Source of the DNA: Pseudomonadota bacterium
Lineage (GTDB): Bacteria; Bdellovibrionota; FAC87; UBA2466
Reading direction: 5' to 3'
Assembly: GCA_043767805.1 (NCBI GenBank)
Contig: JAYUGC010000187.1
Span: forward strand, 1 to 46,984
DNA length: 46,984 nt
In this document: piece by piece, positions 36,683-46,580 of the stretch
Position numbering within the stretch: the first letter of the stretch is position 1
How the letters are laid out: each line of letters begins with the position of its first letter
Notes under the pieces: generated by a model
What the model was told of the DNA's origin: nothing
The model's input: the letters and a program-made list of their open reading frames with translations, nothing else
Database searches by the model: none
Made by a program: the position numbers and the translations under genes

Positions 36683-37079
36683 GAGGCAGCGCTTGCGCGG
36701 GTCCCTCTATTGCACTGAGATGCGTTGTGACTGAAAGTACTTTTCCTGCTCCTTCCAGATCCCCCTGAGCGGCCGGAGGTCAGATCCGTTGGCTACTCGG
36801 TGGTTCGTCTGGAGAAGGCGGCGGTCTTTGCCGGCCAATCTTTTGCCTACGATATCGAGATGGCTCTTTGGCTCCTGTCCGAGGATTTCTAGCTTTATTA
36901 ACGGCCATTTCCTGCCAGGCACCTAATCGCCATGAATTCCAATATCCGCAATATGAGAATTACTTAAAAATCAAAAAGTTAGGCAGGCTCACCTTCAAGC
37001 GATAATAGCTCGGCAAGCCACTTCCTCTTTCGCCGTGACTCAGAGTGCTATCTGATTTATCAGAGTGTCGAGGTGCCTC

Positions 37080-37913
37080 ATGGCCAAGAGCCTATTTTTC
37101 GCGCTTTTTCTAACTCTCTCGGCCCCCGCTTTGGGGCGCACTTTGCTGGTCGTCTCGGGCGGCTATCAGACCTGCCCGCAAGGCAAAGAAGTCTTTCGCC
37201 CGGGTTACGTGCCGGACGTGTTCGACATTCTGAAGACGCCAGGAGGGATTCTCGAAAAACTCGAGAGCGAGGACGCCGACGTGGACCTGATCTGGTCTTG
37301 CTACAGCGGCGTTCTTAATCACCCGATCAAGCGGGTCGCCTCGCACGGCCCCATGAGTTTTCATTATGGACTAGGCGGCGCTCCGCTCGACCTTCGTCCC
37401 ATCGCGGTCGATGCGGTCGATCTCGACGATGGCAAACCGCTCGTTCCATTCTTTGATTTCGTCCGGGCTCATATCGCCAAATCCGCGCCTCAGCGGATCT
37501 ATTTGGCCGGCCACTCCTACGGCGGCTGGACCGTGCTTCAACTGGGCACTCGCTTAGTGGCGGACGGAGTGGACCTCTCGGGGACGGTTCTACTCGACGC
37601 CATTAGCCCGTTCCAATGCCCGGCGAACATCATGGTGTCGTGTTTGCTCCTGTCCTGGAAATCTCCTGAGGGTTGTCTCAAAGCGCCTCGCGATATTATC
37701 GGCGGGAAGCTGGAACTGCTCGCCCGCCATTCGGGCTGGCTTCTCAACGTGTATCAGACGCGGTTTCCTTATCTGCATTCCGGAAAGATGACTTATCCCG
37801 GTTGGGACAATCAGGAGATCACGACCTTTCCGAAAAAAGTTCCCTTTGGCGACTTTCACTCCTACCTTGCCGTAGACCCGCGAGCTTGGGGGCTCGCGAC
37901 AGCCAAGCCTTAA
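37080..37913 (+). CDS. Secreted alpha/beta hydrolase
   Basis: Signal peptide; GHSYGG nucleophile elbow; VLLDAI; C-terminal His. Confidence 0.8.
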   Translation: MAKSLFFALFLTLSAPALGRTLLVVSGGYQTCPQGKEVFRPGYVPDVFDILKTPGGILEKLESEDADVDLIWSCYSGVLNHPIKRVASHGPMSFHYGLGGAPLDLRPIAVDAVDLDDGKPLVPFFDFVRAHIAKSAPQRIYLAGHSYGGWTVLQLGTRLVADGVDLSGTVLLDAISPFQCPANIMVSCLLLSWKSPEGCLKAPRDIIGGKLELLARHSGWLLNVYQTRFPYLHSGKMTYPGWDNQEITTFPKKVPFGDFHSYLAVDPRAWGLATAKP

Positions 37914-37925
37914 CCGGAGTGAAAC

Positions 37926-38639
37926 TTGTCTCCCACTTTTGAGCTGCAACAAACGGCGTCCTTCGTGCGAGCGAATCTAAGAGGCGAGAGCCCTCGCTTA
38001 CTCGACATCGGAGCGGGCGATGGCTCGCTCGCCTTGGAGCTCGCCGATCTTGGCTTTCGCGTGACTCCCATCGACGATTCCGAGAAAGCCGTCGCCAAGG
38101 CCCGGGCGAACGGCGTTCGTGTCCTTCAAGCCGACATCCGCGAGTTTCAAACGGACGATCGTTTCGAAGCGGCGCTCTTTGGCATGTCCGCGCACCACGT
38201 GAAGCCCTTCGGTAAAGCTCTCGATCGCGTAAACGAAGTTCTCAACCCCAGCGGCACCCTTCTTCTCGAGGAGTTCGATACGGCCGCCATCGACTTAAGT
38301 AGCGCGAGTTGGTTTTACGGCGCTCAAGCGATCTTGCACGCCGTCGAGACTTATCCGGAAGTCGCGCCCTTTACGGACCCGCTCGAGAGATGGCGCCGGG
38401 AACACGAGCACCACGGGGAATCGCTTGGTACGGGAGAAGAAATGCTATCGGCCGTGAAAGCGCGGTTCGAGCTCGTCTCCGTCGAGAAAGTTCCCTTCTT
38501 CTATCGGTTTTTAGCGAAGGAAGCCGCGAAGGTAAGGGCGAAGGATTTTGGGGCGGCCCTTTTCGAGCTCGAGACGAGCCTCATCGGTCAGGGGCAGTTA
38601 AAGCCCGTCGGTCTAAGAATCGTCGCGCGGAAACGATGA
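37926..38639 (+). CDS. Class I SAM-dependent methyltransferase
   Basis: LLDIGAGDG, LNPSGTLLL; GGAG RBS before TTG. Confidence 0.88.
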   Translation: MSPTFELQQTASFVRANLRGESPRLLDIGAGDGSLALELADLGFRVTPIDDSEKAVAKARANGVRVLQADIREFQTDDRFEAALFGMSAHHVKPFGKALDRVNEVLNPSGTLLLEEFDTAAIDLSSASWFYGAQAILHAVETYPEVAPFTDPLERWRREHEHHGESLGTGEEMLSAVKARFELVSVEKVPFFYRFLAKEAAKVRAKDFGAALFELETSLIGQGQLKPVGLRIVARKR

Positions 38640-38640
38640 G

Positions 38641-39117
38641 ATGAGCCTGACTTGCCGCCCGCTATCCCAAGCCGAGTTTGCGAGCTACCGGACCGAGGGC
38701 CTTCGGGAGCTCGCGCAAGCGTTGTCGGATGCCAGAGATTTATCGAAGGAAGACGCTCTGGAGGCGGCGGTGAAATCCTTCGAGTCGCTTTTTCCCGGCG
38801 GGCGAGTGGAGTCTCCCGATCAGTACCTTTCCTATCTTTACGACGGAGAGACTAGAGTGGGTGCGCTCCTCTTCGGCATTCGCCGCGATCGCACGCTTCC
38901 TTACGTTTATCTCTGGGACATCAAGATCGATCCCACCCATCGAGGGAAAGGATACGGCTGCGCGGCCTTACAGCTTCTCGAAGACGAAACCCGCCGGTTA
39001 GGACTGAAAGAAATCCGCCTCAACGTTTTCGGCAGCAATCAGCCGGCGCGCGCGCTCTACGATAAAGCCGGCTACCGGCCTGAATCACTCGTGCTGACCA
39101 AGTCGCTGACTTACTGA
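38641..39117 (+). CDS. GNAT family N-acetyltransferase
   Basis: HRGKGYG and NQPARALYDKAGY motifs. Confidence 0.9.
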   Translation: MSLTCRPLSQAEFASYRTEGLRELAQALSDARDLSKEDALEAAVKSFESLFPGGRVESPDQYLSYLYDGETRVGALLFGIRRDRTLPYVYLWDIKIDPTHRGKGYGCAALQLLEDETRRLGLKEIRLNVFGSNQPARALYDKAGYRPESLVLTKSLTY

Positions 39118-39737
39118 CAACGCGATTCCGGATTCGGCTCCGGGCAGCGCGGAACGAAGCGGGCGTAGAGAATCTTCGCATGCTCCCGATGGAGCTCTAT
39201 CGTCGGAAGGAGATCCGCGATGAGCACTCGCACCTCTTGTTGCGCATTGGCCTCTTCGGGCGCTTTCAGTTCCGTAACGAGCTTGTCGTGATCTTTGACC
39301 ATCACGTCCAAGAAGGCTTTGTCGAAGTCCATGCCAGCGAGGGCATCGAGTCTCGCGAAAGTCTTGTCGAAGGGATCGCGAATCGCGGGCTCCGCCTGAT
39401 CGGACTCGACCAGCGTGAATCCGAGCTTTAACGCCATCGCCATGACTTTCAAGTCGGCGGCATCATGATCGGCCTTCATCCTGTCGGCGAAGTCTTTCAC
39501 CTCCTGATTGGAGCCCTTGCTAATGGCGAGGAGCGCAAACTTGCCTTCGAGCTGATTGGCGAAATGGAGTTTCTGCAAGTAGGCCTGGCTCGTGTCCGCG
39601 GGGGCGACCGCAATCGTCCTGGGGGCGTTGTCTCGTAACGCACGGGCTTCGGTTCCGCAACCAACGAGGCTAGTTAAGGCGAGGGCGCCGAGCGCGGCGC
39701 TCCAGACTTTGAGGGATCTCGGTAAGGTGGAAAACAT
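39111..39737 (-). CDS. DUF4142 (ferritin-like) lipoprotein
   Basis: Lipobox LVG-C; VKDFADRMKADH, FDKAFLDVMVKDH, LPTIELH. Confidence 0.85.
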   Translation of the reverse strand: MFSTLPRSLKVWSAALGALALTSLVGCGTEARALRDNAPRTIAVAPADTSQAYLQKLHFANQLEGKFALLAISKGSNQEVKDFADRMKADHDAADLKVMAMALKLGFTLVESDQAEPAIRDPFDKTFARLDALAGMDFDKAFLDVMVKDHDKLVTELKAPEEANAQQEVRVLIADLLPTIELHREHAKILYARFVPRCPEPNPESRCQ

Positions 39738-39895
39738 GGCGGGTCTCCTTGGCTTTCTGAGTTCTTGGAAAGCAGACCTAGGTTATGCAAAGTTCGTGCA
39801 CCGATTCCCCTGCCTGCATGAAGGAGAGAGTGTTTTGTCCCGCCACACAAACTCTCTGTCGACGATTCAGAGTGTTGAGGATAAATTGCCGCACG

Positions 39896-40360
39896 GTGAG
39901 TGACACGGAGCAAGTAGTCAGAAGTTTTTATGAGGCCTTCGCGCGCCGCGATGGAGACGCCATGTCGTCCTGCTACCACGAACAGGTGCATTTTTCCGAT
40001 CCCGTCTTTCCCGATCTTGCCGGTGAGTCCGCCAAGGGGATGTGGAAGATGTTGTGCAGCCGGTCAAACGACCTGCGACTCGAATTCAAGCTCGGCCCGG
40101 CGAAAGAGAACGGTATCGAAGTGAACTGGCTGGCGAGCTACACCTTCACCAAAACCGGCCGGCCGGTAAAAAACCGGGTGAAGTCCCATCTCTTGGTGGC
40201 CAACGGAAAGATCATTTCTCACCGCGATCACTTCAGCTTTTGGCGCTGGAGCAGTCAGGCCCTAGGTCTCGCCGGCATCGTCCTCGGGTGGTCGCCGTTT
40301 CTCAAATCCCGCGTGCGGCGCGAGGCGGCTCGCGGCCTTGCGCGCTTTCTCGGGCAGTAG
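39896..40360 (+). CDS. NTF2/SnoaL-like protein
   Basis: FYEAFARRDGDAM, FSDPVF, HRDHFSFWRW; GTG start. Confidence 0.88.
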   Translation: MSDTEQVVRSFYEAFARRDGDAMSSCYHEQVHFSDPVFPDLAGESAKGMWKMLCSRSNDLRLEFKLGPAKENGIEVNWLASYTFTKTGRPVKNRVKSHLLVANGKIISHRDHFSFWRWSSQALGLAGIVLGWSPFLKSRVRREAARGLARFLGQ

Positions 40361-40403
40361 CGGGATTAGTTTACTTATCTTAAGTTATACGGCCATCGGG
40401 AGC

Positions 40404-40452
40404 GATCGGCCATTCGATCGGCCATTCGATTGTTATTCGATCGGCCATTCGA
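40404..40452. repeat. Intergenic tandem repeat, 12-bp unit GATCGGCCATTC (3 exact copies + one 11-bp degenerate copy)
   Basis: Units at 40404, 40416, 40428 (GATTGTTATTC) and 40439. Confidence 0.9.
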
Positions 40453-40495
40453 AGGGGTGGTGCGGCCCTTCGGGCCGCGGCCATTGCAAAAAAAC

Positions 40496-40900
40496 TCAAA
40501 ACCGCATCGCGGGATCCCGGTACCACTTGAACTCGATGAGGTTATTGGAGGGATCTTTTAGGAAAAAGGCTCGGTGCTCCTCCGGGCGGCCTTTGAAACG
40601 GGAGAACGGCGGCGCGAAAAAGAGAAGGGGCTTACGTTTAATTTTTTCCAAAAGTGCGGTGAAGTCAGCCTCTTTGCCGATCGTCAGCCCGAAGTGCCGG
40701 GGGTACATCTTGGGGGCCGCGTCGATGGACTCAGGGCCGCAGAGATGACAGACCACCTGGGCTCCGAAGAAATCGAGCGTGATCCTGTCTTCATAGCGGC
40801 GAGCCACGCGGCAGCCTAAAGCATCGCCGTAAAAGGCGGCGGCCGCTGCGAGGTCTAGGCACGGAATGGCCACGTGAAATACGTTTTCGTCGCTACCCAT
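40496..40900 (-). CDS. VOC/glyoxalase family protein
   Basis: FHVAIP, RHFG, FLKDPSNNLIEFK; true start ATG 40900. Confidence 0.88.
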   Translation of the reverse strand: MGSDENVFHVAIPCLDLAAAAAFYGDALGCRVARRYEDRITLDFFGAQVVCHLCGPESIDAAPKMYPRHFGLTIGKEADFTALLEKIKRKPLLFFAPPFSRFKGRPEEHRAFFLKDPSNNLIEFKWYRDPAMRF

Positions 40901-40984
40901 GGTACTGGCCCGAACTATAGTGGCCGGTCTCAGGTGGGGCAAGGCTTGCCCAGGTTCCAGGTTTAGGGCGATACTTGCCGGCGA

Positions 40985-42316
40985 ATGACCCTTGTAAACA
41001 AAGCCTGTAGCCGGCTTCGCGAGATGGGCAGGCGATACTCCGAGATCGGGTGGCAGCCCGGTCAAGACGCTGCGGCCCGGGAGCGGGTGGCGCTCATCAA
41101 CGTCGCCACCTTGCTCGCGTTGTTCGTTGCCGTGCTCGCCCTGCCGGGAACCGGCCGCACGGGATCGTCTTTGGGCGATGCCATGACCTTCGTCGCGATC
41201 TTCTTCGAGGGAACCATCCTGGTTCTCAACATGTCGGGTTTTTTCCGAACCGCCCGCTTTCTCTTTCTCGTCGCCAACCAAGCGATGCTGATCGTGAGTG
41301 CGGCGGCCAATACGTCGGACATGAATCTGCACCTGCTTTTCTTTCCTCATTTCGTTTATCCGGAGATTCTCTTCGGTCGGAATGAAAAGCTCGCGGCTCG
41401 TCTCTTTCTGGCTTTGCCCGTGTCGCTCTTCTTCCTGGTGGAGCTCGGGAACCCGCCCTGGCTGGGCGACCTGGCCTCGAACCCGGAGAGAGTGCACGCG
41501 ATCTCAAAACTCATGGCGTTTTCGGTAACGATTTACCTCATCGTCGCCATTCGCTTTCTCGGCAGAATCCGGGAGGTGTACGAGATCGAGGACGCCAATC
41601 ACCGGGCCCGTTTCCTCATGAACGCGAAAATGGCGGCCCTCGGCGAGATGGCGGGCGGAATGGCCCACGAGATCAATAACCCGCTCGCCATCATCAGCGG
41701 TAAGGCCGATCAGATATCTCGGATGGGATCCACGGGCGAGATGAGCGCCGTAGAGGTGTCCCAAGGGGCGCAGGTCATTCAAAAGCACGCGGATCGCATC
41801 GCGGCCATCGTACGCGGCCTGCGCAGCTTTGCCCGGGACGGCGAGGAAGATCCTTTCAGCGAAGCATCGGCCTCTCAGATACTGCTCGAGACCTTGGCGC
41901 TCTGCCGGGCGCGCTTTGCGAGCCAAGGCATCGAGCTCCGGGTGACCGGGATCGATACTCAGAGCCTTTTTCAATGCCGTCCCGTGCAAATCGAGCAGGT
42001 CCTGGTCAATCTGCTCAATAACTCACTCGATGCCTTGGGAACCTCGTCGGAAAAGTGGGTGGAGCTCGCCTTCCAGGAAGGAAAGCACGGCATCGAAATT
42101 TCGGTGACTGATTCCGGGCCCGGGATTCCGCGCGATATCGAGCATAAGATTCTCTTGCCGTTTTTCACGACGAAGCCCGTCGGAAAAGGGACGGGCCTCG
42201 GCCTAAGCATTTCGTCGGGAATCGCGCGGGCCCACGGAGGCGAGCTTTACCTGGATAAAGCCTCCGCCAGGACACGCTTCGTTCTCTCCTTGCCGAAACA
42301 CCAGCCCTCAGTATGA
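40985..42316 (+). CDS. Membrane sensor histidine kinase (NtrB/HisKA-type)
   Basis: About 6 TMs; AHEINNPL (H box), NLLNNS (N box), DSGPGI, FFTTK, GTGLGL. Confidence 0.92.
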   Translation: MTLVNKACSRLREMGRRYSEIGWQPGQDAAARERVALINVATLLALFVAVLALPGTGRTGSSLGDAMTFVAIFFEGTILVLNMSGFFRTARFLFLVANQAMLIVSAAANTSDMNLHLLFFPHFVYPEILFGRNEKLAARLFLALPVSLFFLVELGNPPWLGDLASNPERVHAISKLMAFSVTIYLIVAIRFLGRIREVYEIEDANHRARFLMNAKMAALGEMAGGMAHEINNPLAIISGKADQISRMGSTGEMSAVEVSQGAQVIQKHADRIAAIVRGLRSFARDGEEDPFSEASASQILLETLALCRARFASQGIELRVTGIDTQSLFQCRPVQIEQVLVNLLNNSLDALGTSSEKWVELAFQEGKHGIEISVTDSGPGIPRDIEHKILLPFFTTKPVGKGTGLGLSISSGIARAHGGELYLDKASARTRFVLSLPKHQPSV

Positions 42317-42344
42317 TAGAGGCTCTTTCCGCCTAGGAGGCGTT

Positions 42345-42764
42345 ATGTCGGCGACAGTGATCTGGGCTACGTTCGGAGTGGTACTCATTCTCGCCGAGGT
42401 TTTCACGTCTACTTTCGTCCTGCTCTTCTTCGGCACCGCGGCTTTGCTCGTGTCTCTGGTCAAAGCTTTCGGCTTGGATAACTTGCCGCTCGAAATCGGC
42501 ATTTTCGGCGTGCTAGGCATCGCTCTCACCGCCATCATGCGCAAGAAGATCATGTTGAGTCTTGGGCACCGGACGGAGACCTACCGAGCAGACGAATCGG
42601 TCATGCTCGAAATGGACATCGGTCCAGGCGAGACCACCACGATTTTTTATCAAGGCACCGACTGGACCGCGGTCAACGATTCGCAGGAGACGCTTGCCAA
42701 GGGGAAACGGGCGAAAATCGTCCGCACGGAAGGTGTCCGGCTTTTTCTAAAAGCCGGTGGATAA
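42345..42764 (+). CDS. NfeD family protein
   Basis: N-terminal TMs (LILAE), C-terminal OB-like YQGTDWTA; upstream of the SPFH gene. Confidence 0.85.
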   Translation: MSATVIWATFGVVLILAEVFTSTFVLLFFGTAALLVSLVKAFGLDNLPLEIGIFGVLGIALTAIMRKKIMLSLGHRTETYRADESVMLEMDIGPGETTTIFYQGTDWTAVNDSQETLAKGKRAKIVRTEGVRLFLKAGG

Positions 42765-42784
42765 TTTTTTTTCTGGAGGAGATT

Positions 42785-43768
42785 ATGGATCTCGGCTCAT
42801 TCATGTTTTTAGCCATCGTTTTCGCTTTCTTCGCCTTCGTGCTCGTCGCGAAGATGGTTCGAATCGTGCCTCAACAGGTCGCTTACGTGGTCGAAAGGCT
42901 TGGTAAGTACGATCGGACGCTCTCGGGCGGCATTCACGTTACGATTCCCTTTATCGACGTGGTCCGGTACCGGCACACCTTGAAGGAAGTCGTCCTCGAT
43001 ATCCCGGAGCAGATTTGCATCACCAAGGACAACGTCCAGGTGGCCATCGACGGCGTCATTTTCTACCGCATTCTCGACGCGTCCCGGGCTTCCTACGGGG
43101 TGAATGACTACGAGCAAGCGGTCATCCAGCTTTCCCAGACGACGCTACGGTCGGAAATCGGAAAAATCGATTTGGATCGCACCTTCGAGGAGCGAAACAA
43201 GATCAATCAGGCGCTGGTGCTCTCTCTCGATCACGCCACCGATCCTTGGGGCGTCAAAGTGCTCCGCTACGAGATTCGCACGATCCAGCCGCCCAAAGAC
43301 ATCGTGGCGTCGATGGAAAAGCAAATGCGCGCCGAGCGCGATAAGCGCGCTCAGATTCTGGAGTCCGAGGGCGAGCGCGACTCCAAGATCAATAAAGCGG
43401 AAGGCGTCAAGCAAGAGACCATTAAGAACTCCGAAGCGCACCGCCAGCGGCAAATCAACGAAGCCGAAGGGCAGGCCTCTGCCATCCTGGCTGTGTCGAA
43501 AGCGACCGCCGATGGGCTCAGTATGATCGCCCAGTCGCTCGAGACCCCCGGAGGCCAGCTCGCCGCTCGTCTCAGAGTCGCCGAGGATTACGTGAAAGAG
43601 TTCGGCAAATTCGCCCGCGACTCGAAAGCCATCATCGTGCCCGCGAACGCCGGAGACATTACGTCGGTGCTCGCGACCGCGTTCTCGGTGTTCGAGCAAG
43701 CCACGGGCCGTTCGCTCAATGTGGAAGCGACGCCTCCCGGCCGGCCGGTTCCGCCTAGAGACCGTTGA
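42785..43768 (+). CDS. SPFH/stomatin-like (paraslipin/QmcA-type) protein
   Basis: IVPQQ, VERLGKY, ITKDNV, WGVKVLRYEI, QMRAER. Confidence 0.93.
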   Translation: MDLGSFMFLAIVFAFFAFVLVAKMVRIVPQQVAYVVERLGKYDRTLSGGIHVTIPFIDVVRYRHTLKEVVLDIPEQICITKDNVQVAIDGVIFYRILDASRASYGVNDYEQAVIQLSQTTLRSEIGKIDLDRTFEERNKINQALVLSLDHATDPWGVKVLRYEIRTIQPPKDIVASMEKQMRAERDKRAQILESEGERDSKINKAEGVKQETIKNSEAHRQRQINEAEGQASAILAVSKATADGLSMIAQSLETPGGQLAARLRVAEDYVKEFGKFARDSKAIIVPANAGDITSVLATAFSVFEQATGRSLNVEATPPGRPVPPRDR

Positions 43769-44892
43769 TGGGGCGAAAGACCGGGTTCACGCTGATCGCC
43801 CTCTTCGTGGTGCCGGCGCTGCTTTTCGGCGCCCTCGAAGGGGTGTTGTTTCTGGTCGGCGTCCCTCGCTTCGTGCGGACGGACGAGGGCAACCACATCA
43901 CGTCGTTTCAGGATTGTCGCTTCGGCAAGAGCGAGCTCAGTCACTGCGCGCCCGTGAGCGAGCGGACCAGGAAGACCATCCTCGTTTACGGCGAGAGCAC
44001 GGTGGAGGGCTATCCCCTCCCTCAAGAGAAGCGGTTTACGTCGGTGCTCCAAAAACGACTCGAAACGAGAGCGCCTGGCCAGTACCGGGTCGTCAATTAC
44101 GGGGTTTCTTGCAAGGATTCCTTCTTCATCGCGGAGTGTGTGCGCCGGAGCGTGAACGTTAGTCCCTCGGCGGTGGTGCTCTACGCCGGCCATAACGACT
44201 TCACGAATAATTTCAATCCGAGGAGTCTGGCCGTTCCGTTTAGAAACAGCGCTTGGCTCCCCCATGTGCTGGTTTATTTGCGGCGCTATAGCCGGCTTTA
44301 TTCCGTGCTGGCGAGCGCCGCGATCAAAGCTCGGGGAGAGCAGGCTTACCCTTTCGCCTCGATGGAGGAGTACCAAGCCAGACACCAAGTAGTTGTCGAC
44401 GGTTTCCTGACTCGTCTCGATGAGATTCGTCGCCTGGCCGAGGGGGCGGGGGCGCAATTTCTACTTTTTGTGCCGGGCTCGAATCTGCAATTTCGCACGG
44501 AAGAGAGACGTCTAAGAAGCGACGTCTTCAAGCATTTGAAGGCTCAGTCGTGGAATTTTCTCGAGGCGGGCAATAGAGAGCTCAAAGCGGGAAAGTGGCA
44601 AGAATCGCTTTCGCTCTACCGGCAGGCGCGCGACATCGATCCGGTGCCCTCGCGAGCGACCTCCGCCTTCAATGAAAGCCTGAGAGCCTATGCCCTCCAG
44701 CATCCCGAAATTCGGCTCGTCGATTTCGATCGACTCCTCGACACCCGGTACGGCCCCGAGGGCATAGGCTGCAATCTCTTCGGCGACAAAACTTACTGCG
44801 ATCAGATGCATCCGAACGCCGCCATGCACGAGCTCCTCGCGGAGTTAGTCCTGGCTCAGCTGATGGCTCCGGTTGCTCCTCTGAACCCTTAG
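43768..44892 (+). CDS. SGNH/GDSL hydrolase-like membrane-anchored protein with TPR-like segment
   Basis: YGEST (block I), YAGHND (block III), DQMHPN (block V). Confidence 0.8.
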   Translation: MGRKTGFTLIALFVVPALLFGALEGVLFLVGVPRFVRTDEGNHITSFQDCRFGKSELSHCAPVSERTRKTILVYGESTVEGYPLPQEKRFTSVLQKRLETRAPGQYRVVNYGVSCKDSFFIAECVRRSVNVSPSAVVLYAGHNDFTNNFNPRSLAVPFRNSAWLPHVLVYLRRYSRLYSVLASAAIKARGEQAYPFASMEEYQARHQVVVDGFLTRLDEIRRLAEGAGAQFLLFVPGSNLQFRTEERRLRSDVFKHLKAQSWNFLEAGNRELKAGKWQESLSLYRQARDIDPVPSRATSAFNESLRAYALQHPEIRLVDFDRLLDTRYGPEGIGCNLFGDKTYCDQMHPNAAMHELLAELVLAQLMAPVAPLNP

Positions 44893-45545
44893 GGTCGCTT
44901 CGGTTTCGCTGGTTTAGGGTTCGCGCACTTCTTCCAGGCGATGCCATACTGATGCGTTAGCTCGCCGTCGGTGGAGTCCACCGTGAGGAGCCCGCGGCCC
45001 TGCACCCGGATGCTCGTGCGGATCATCAGATTGCGGACGCGGCCTTCGCAGGGAGAAAACTCGACCTGGTCCAAGGGAGAGACCACGCGGTGAAAGTAAT
45101 CTTGTTCTTTGGGCCCCTTGATTTCGAGTCGCCCGATCTCACGCTCGCCGCCGCGGAAGAAGTAGGCACTTCTTTGAAAGCCCGTGGCTTTCTTTCGAAG
45201 GTTGGCAAAGCCTCGCACGTCCAGCGAGAAGAGAGCGAAAGACCAGCCTTCGGGTACGTGCATGTCGACCGCGATGTTACACGCCTTCATCACCGGGCTT
45301 GGCTCGGGACTGGAATCGGGATCGGGCTTACCCTTGTTCGACGTATCGACGATGTAATCGTCGAAGAGCAGGGTGAAGGCTTGGGCGTCTCCCGAGACTT
45401 GGCTCGCGACTGAGCCCGGGCGACACCCGCTTCCTTGATACTTAATTTTCTCGATGAAAATCTGACTCGGATCGGGACTCTCCGCAAAAACCGGAATCGC
45501 CACCAACCCAACGCTCAACACCAGCATCCACTTTGCGAACTGCAT
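44889..45545 (-). CDS. DUF4360 secreted protein
   Basis: Signal peptide; GSGCRPGS, FTLLFDDY, KACNI, VDSTDG, WKKC. Confidence 0.85.
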   Translation of the reverse strand: MQFAKWMLVLSVGLVAIPVFAESPDPSQIFIEKIKYQGSGCRPGSVASQVSGDAQAFTLLFDDYIVDTSNKGKPDPDSSPEPSPVMKACNIAVDMHVPEGWSFALFSLDVRGFANLRKKATGFQRSAYFFRGGEREIGRLEIKGPKEQDYFHRVVSPLDQVEFSPCEGRVRNLMIRTSIRVQGRGLLTVDSTDGELTHQYGIAWKKCANPKPAKPKRP

Positions 45546-45570
45546 CCTCGGCCTCCCGGACACTCGCTAG

Positions 45571-45587
45571 TGCAGGGTATGTGCCAA
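45571..45587 (-). promoter_or_regulatory. Sigma54 (-24/-12) promoter candidate for the DUF4360 gene
   Basis: Minus strand TTGGCAC-ATACC-CTGCA (GG-N10-GC). Confidence 0.65.
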
Positions 45588-45689
45588 GCAAAGCGCCTGG
45601 GGAAAGGCCGAAAACCTAAAGAACCGGTGTCATAGAGATACCATTCGCGACGTGCGGTGCGAATTGGCTCTATAGAATTGGCGCCTCTC

Positions 45690-45730
45690 GTTCCAGGCGT
45701 TCCAAATTATTGGAACGGATTGTTCCAAAT
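45690..45730. promoter_or_regulatory. Clustered GTTCCA boxes including perfect inverted repeat CGTTCCAA-ATTA-TTGGAACG (operator candidate)
   Basis: Boxes at 45690, 45699, 45711 (inverted) and 45722, in the divergent intergenic region. Confidence 0.55.
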
Positions 45731-45782
45731 ATGGTAGATCCCCGCGGGTGGACCTGTTAATCGTTGAAATGGGGGAGGGCCC

Positions 45783-46580
45783 TTGGGATCTGTAACCGCG
45801 CAACTCGCGATCCAAAAGAAGCTCAACGAGGCTCTTATCGAGTCTCAGCTGAGAAACCCCGCCTTCTCATTACGGGCGTTTTCCAGAAAACTTTCCGTCA
45901 GCCCTTCCGCGCTTTCCGAAATTTTGAACGGCAAGCGGCGCATCTCCCGAAAGCTCGCCGAGCGCCTGGTGCGCAACCTTTGCTTGAGCCCGAAGGAAGC
46001 CCAGGGCTTACTCGAGTTATTCGTCGATAAAAATCCGGAAACGGACGCCGAGCAGAAGTATCAGGGCCCTTATATAGAGCTCTCGACCGATCAGTTTCAT
46101 GTCATCTCCGAGTGGTACCACTTCGGGATTATCTCGCTCGCCGAGACGGTGGACTTTCAATCCGATCCTAAATGGATCGCGAACCGCCTGAACATCCGGG
46201 TGCAAGACGCGCAAACGGCTTTGGATCGCCTCGAACGGCTGGGTCTCGTCGCGCGCAGCCCGCGCGGAAAGATTACTTTGACCGGCGCGGGCTACTCCAC
46301 TTCCGACGAAGTGCGCGATCTCGGCCTGCGTAAGGCCCATGGCCAGAACCTGGAGATGGCTAGACGGTCCCTCGAAGAAGATCCCATCGAGCAAAGAGAT
46401 TTCACGGCCATGACCATGGCCATAGACGTGTCCAAGTTGCCGCTCGCCAAGAAGATGATCCGGGAGTTCCAAGACAAGCTGTGCGCGTACCTCGAAACCG
46501 GCGTCAAAAAGGATGTGTACAAACTTTGCATACAAGTATTTCCGCTGACCTCACGAAAGGAGGAGACCGATGAAAAATAG
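45783..46580 (+). CDS. TIGR02147 / DUF4423 family protein with N-terminal HTH
   Basis: RNPAFSLRAFSRKL.VSPSALSEILNGKR, SEWYH, RDFTAMTMAID, YKLCIQVFPLT; GGAGGG RBS. Confidence 0.88.
   Translation: MGSVTAQLAIQKKLNEALIESQLRNPAFSLRAFSRKLSVSPSALSEILNGKRRISRKLAERLVRNLCLSPKEAQGLLELFVDKNPETDAEQKYQGPYIELSTDQFHVISEWYHFGIISLAETVDFQSDPKWIANRLNIRVQDAQTALDRLERLGLVARSPRGKITLTGAGYSTSDEVRDLGLRKAHGQNLEMARRSLEEDPIEQRDFTAMTMAIDVSKLPLAKKMIREFQDKLCAYLETGVKKDVYKLCIQVFPLTSRKEETDEK

Noticed and set aside
39786..39801. Sigma54 promoter for DUF4142 (minus strand GTGCACGAACTTTGCA)
   Set aside because: The invariant GG at -24 is TG; suggestive but not called.
40404..40452. CRISPR array
   Set aside because: Units are 12 bp, contiguous, lack spacers, and no cas genes are present.
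40901..41497. 333-aa version of the VOC ORF
   Set aside because: The extension overlaps the histidine kinase on the opposite strand; the VOC domain starts at ATG 40900.
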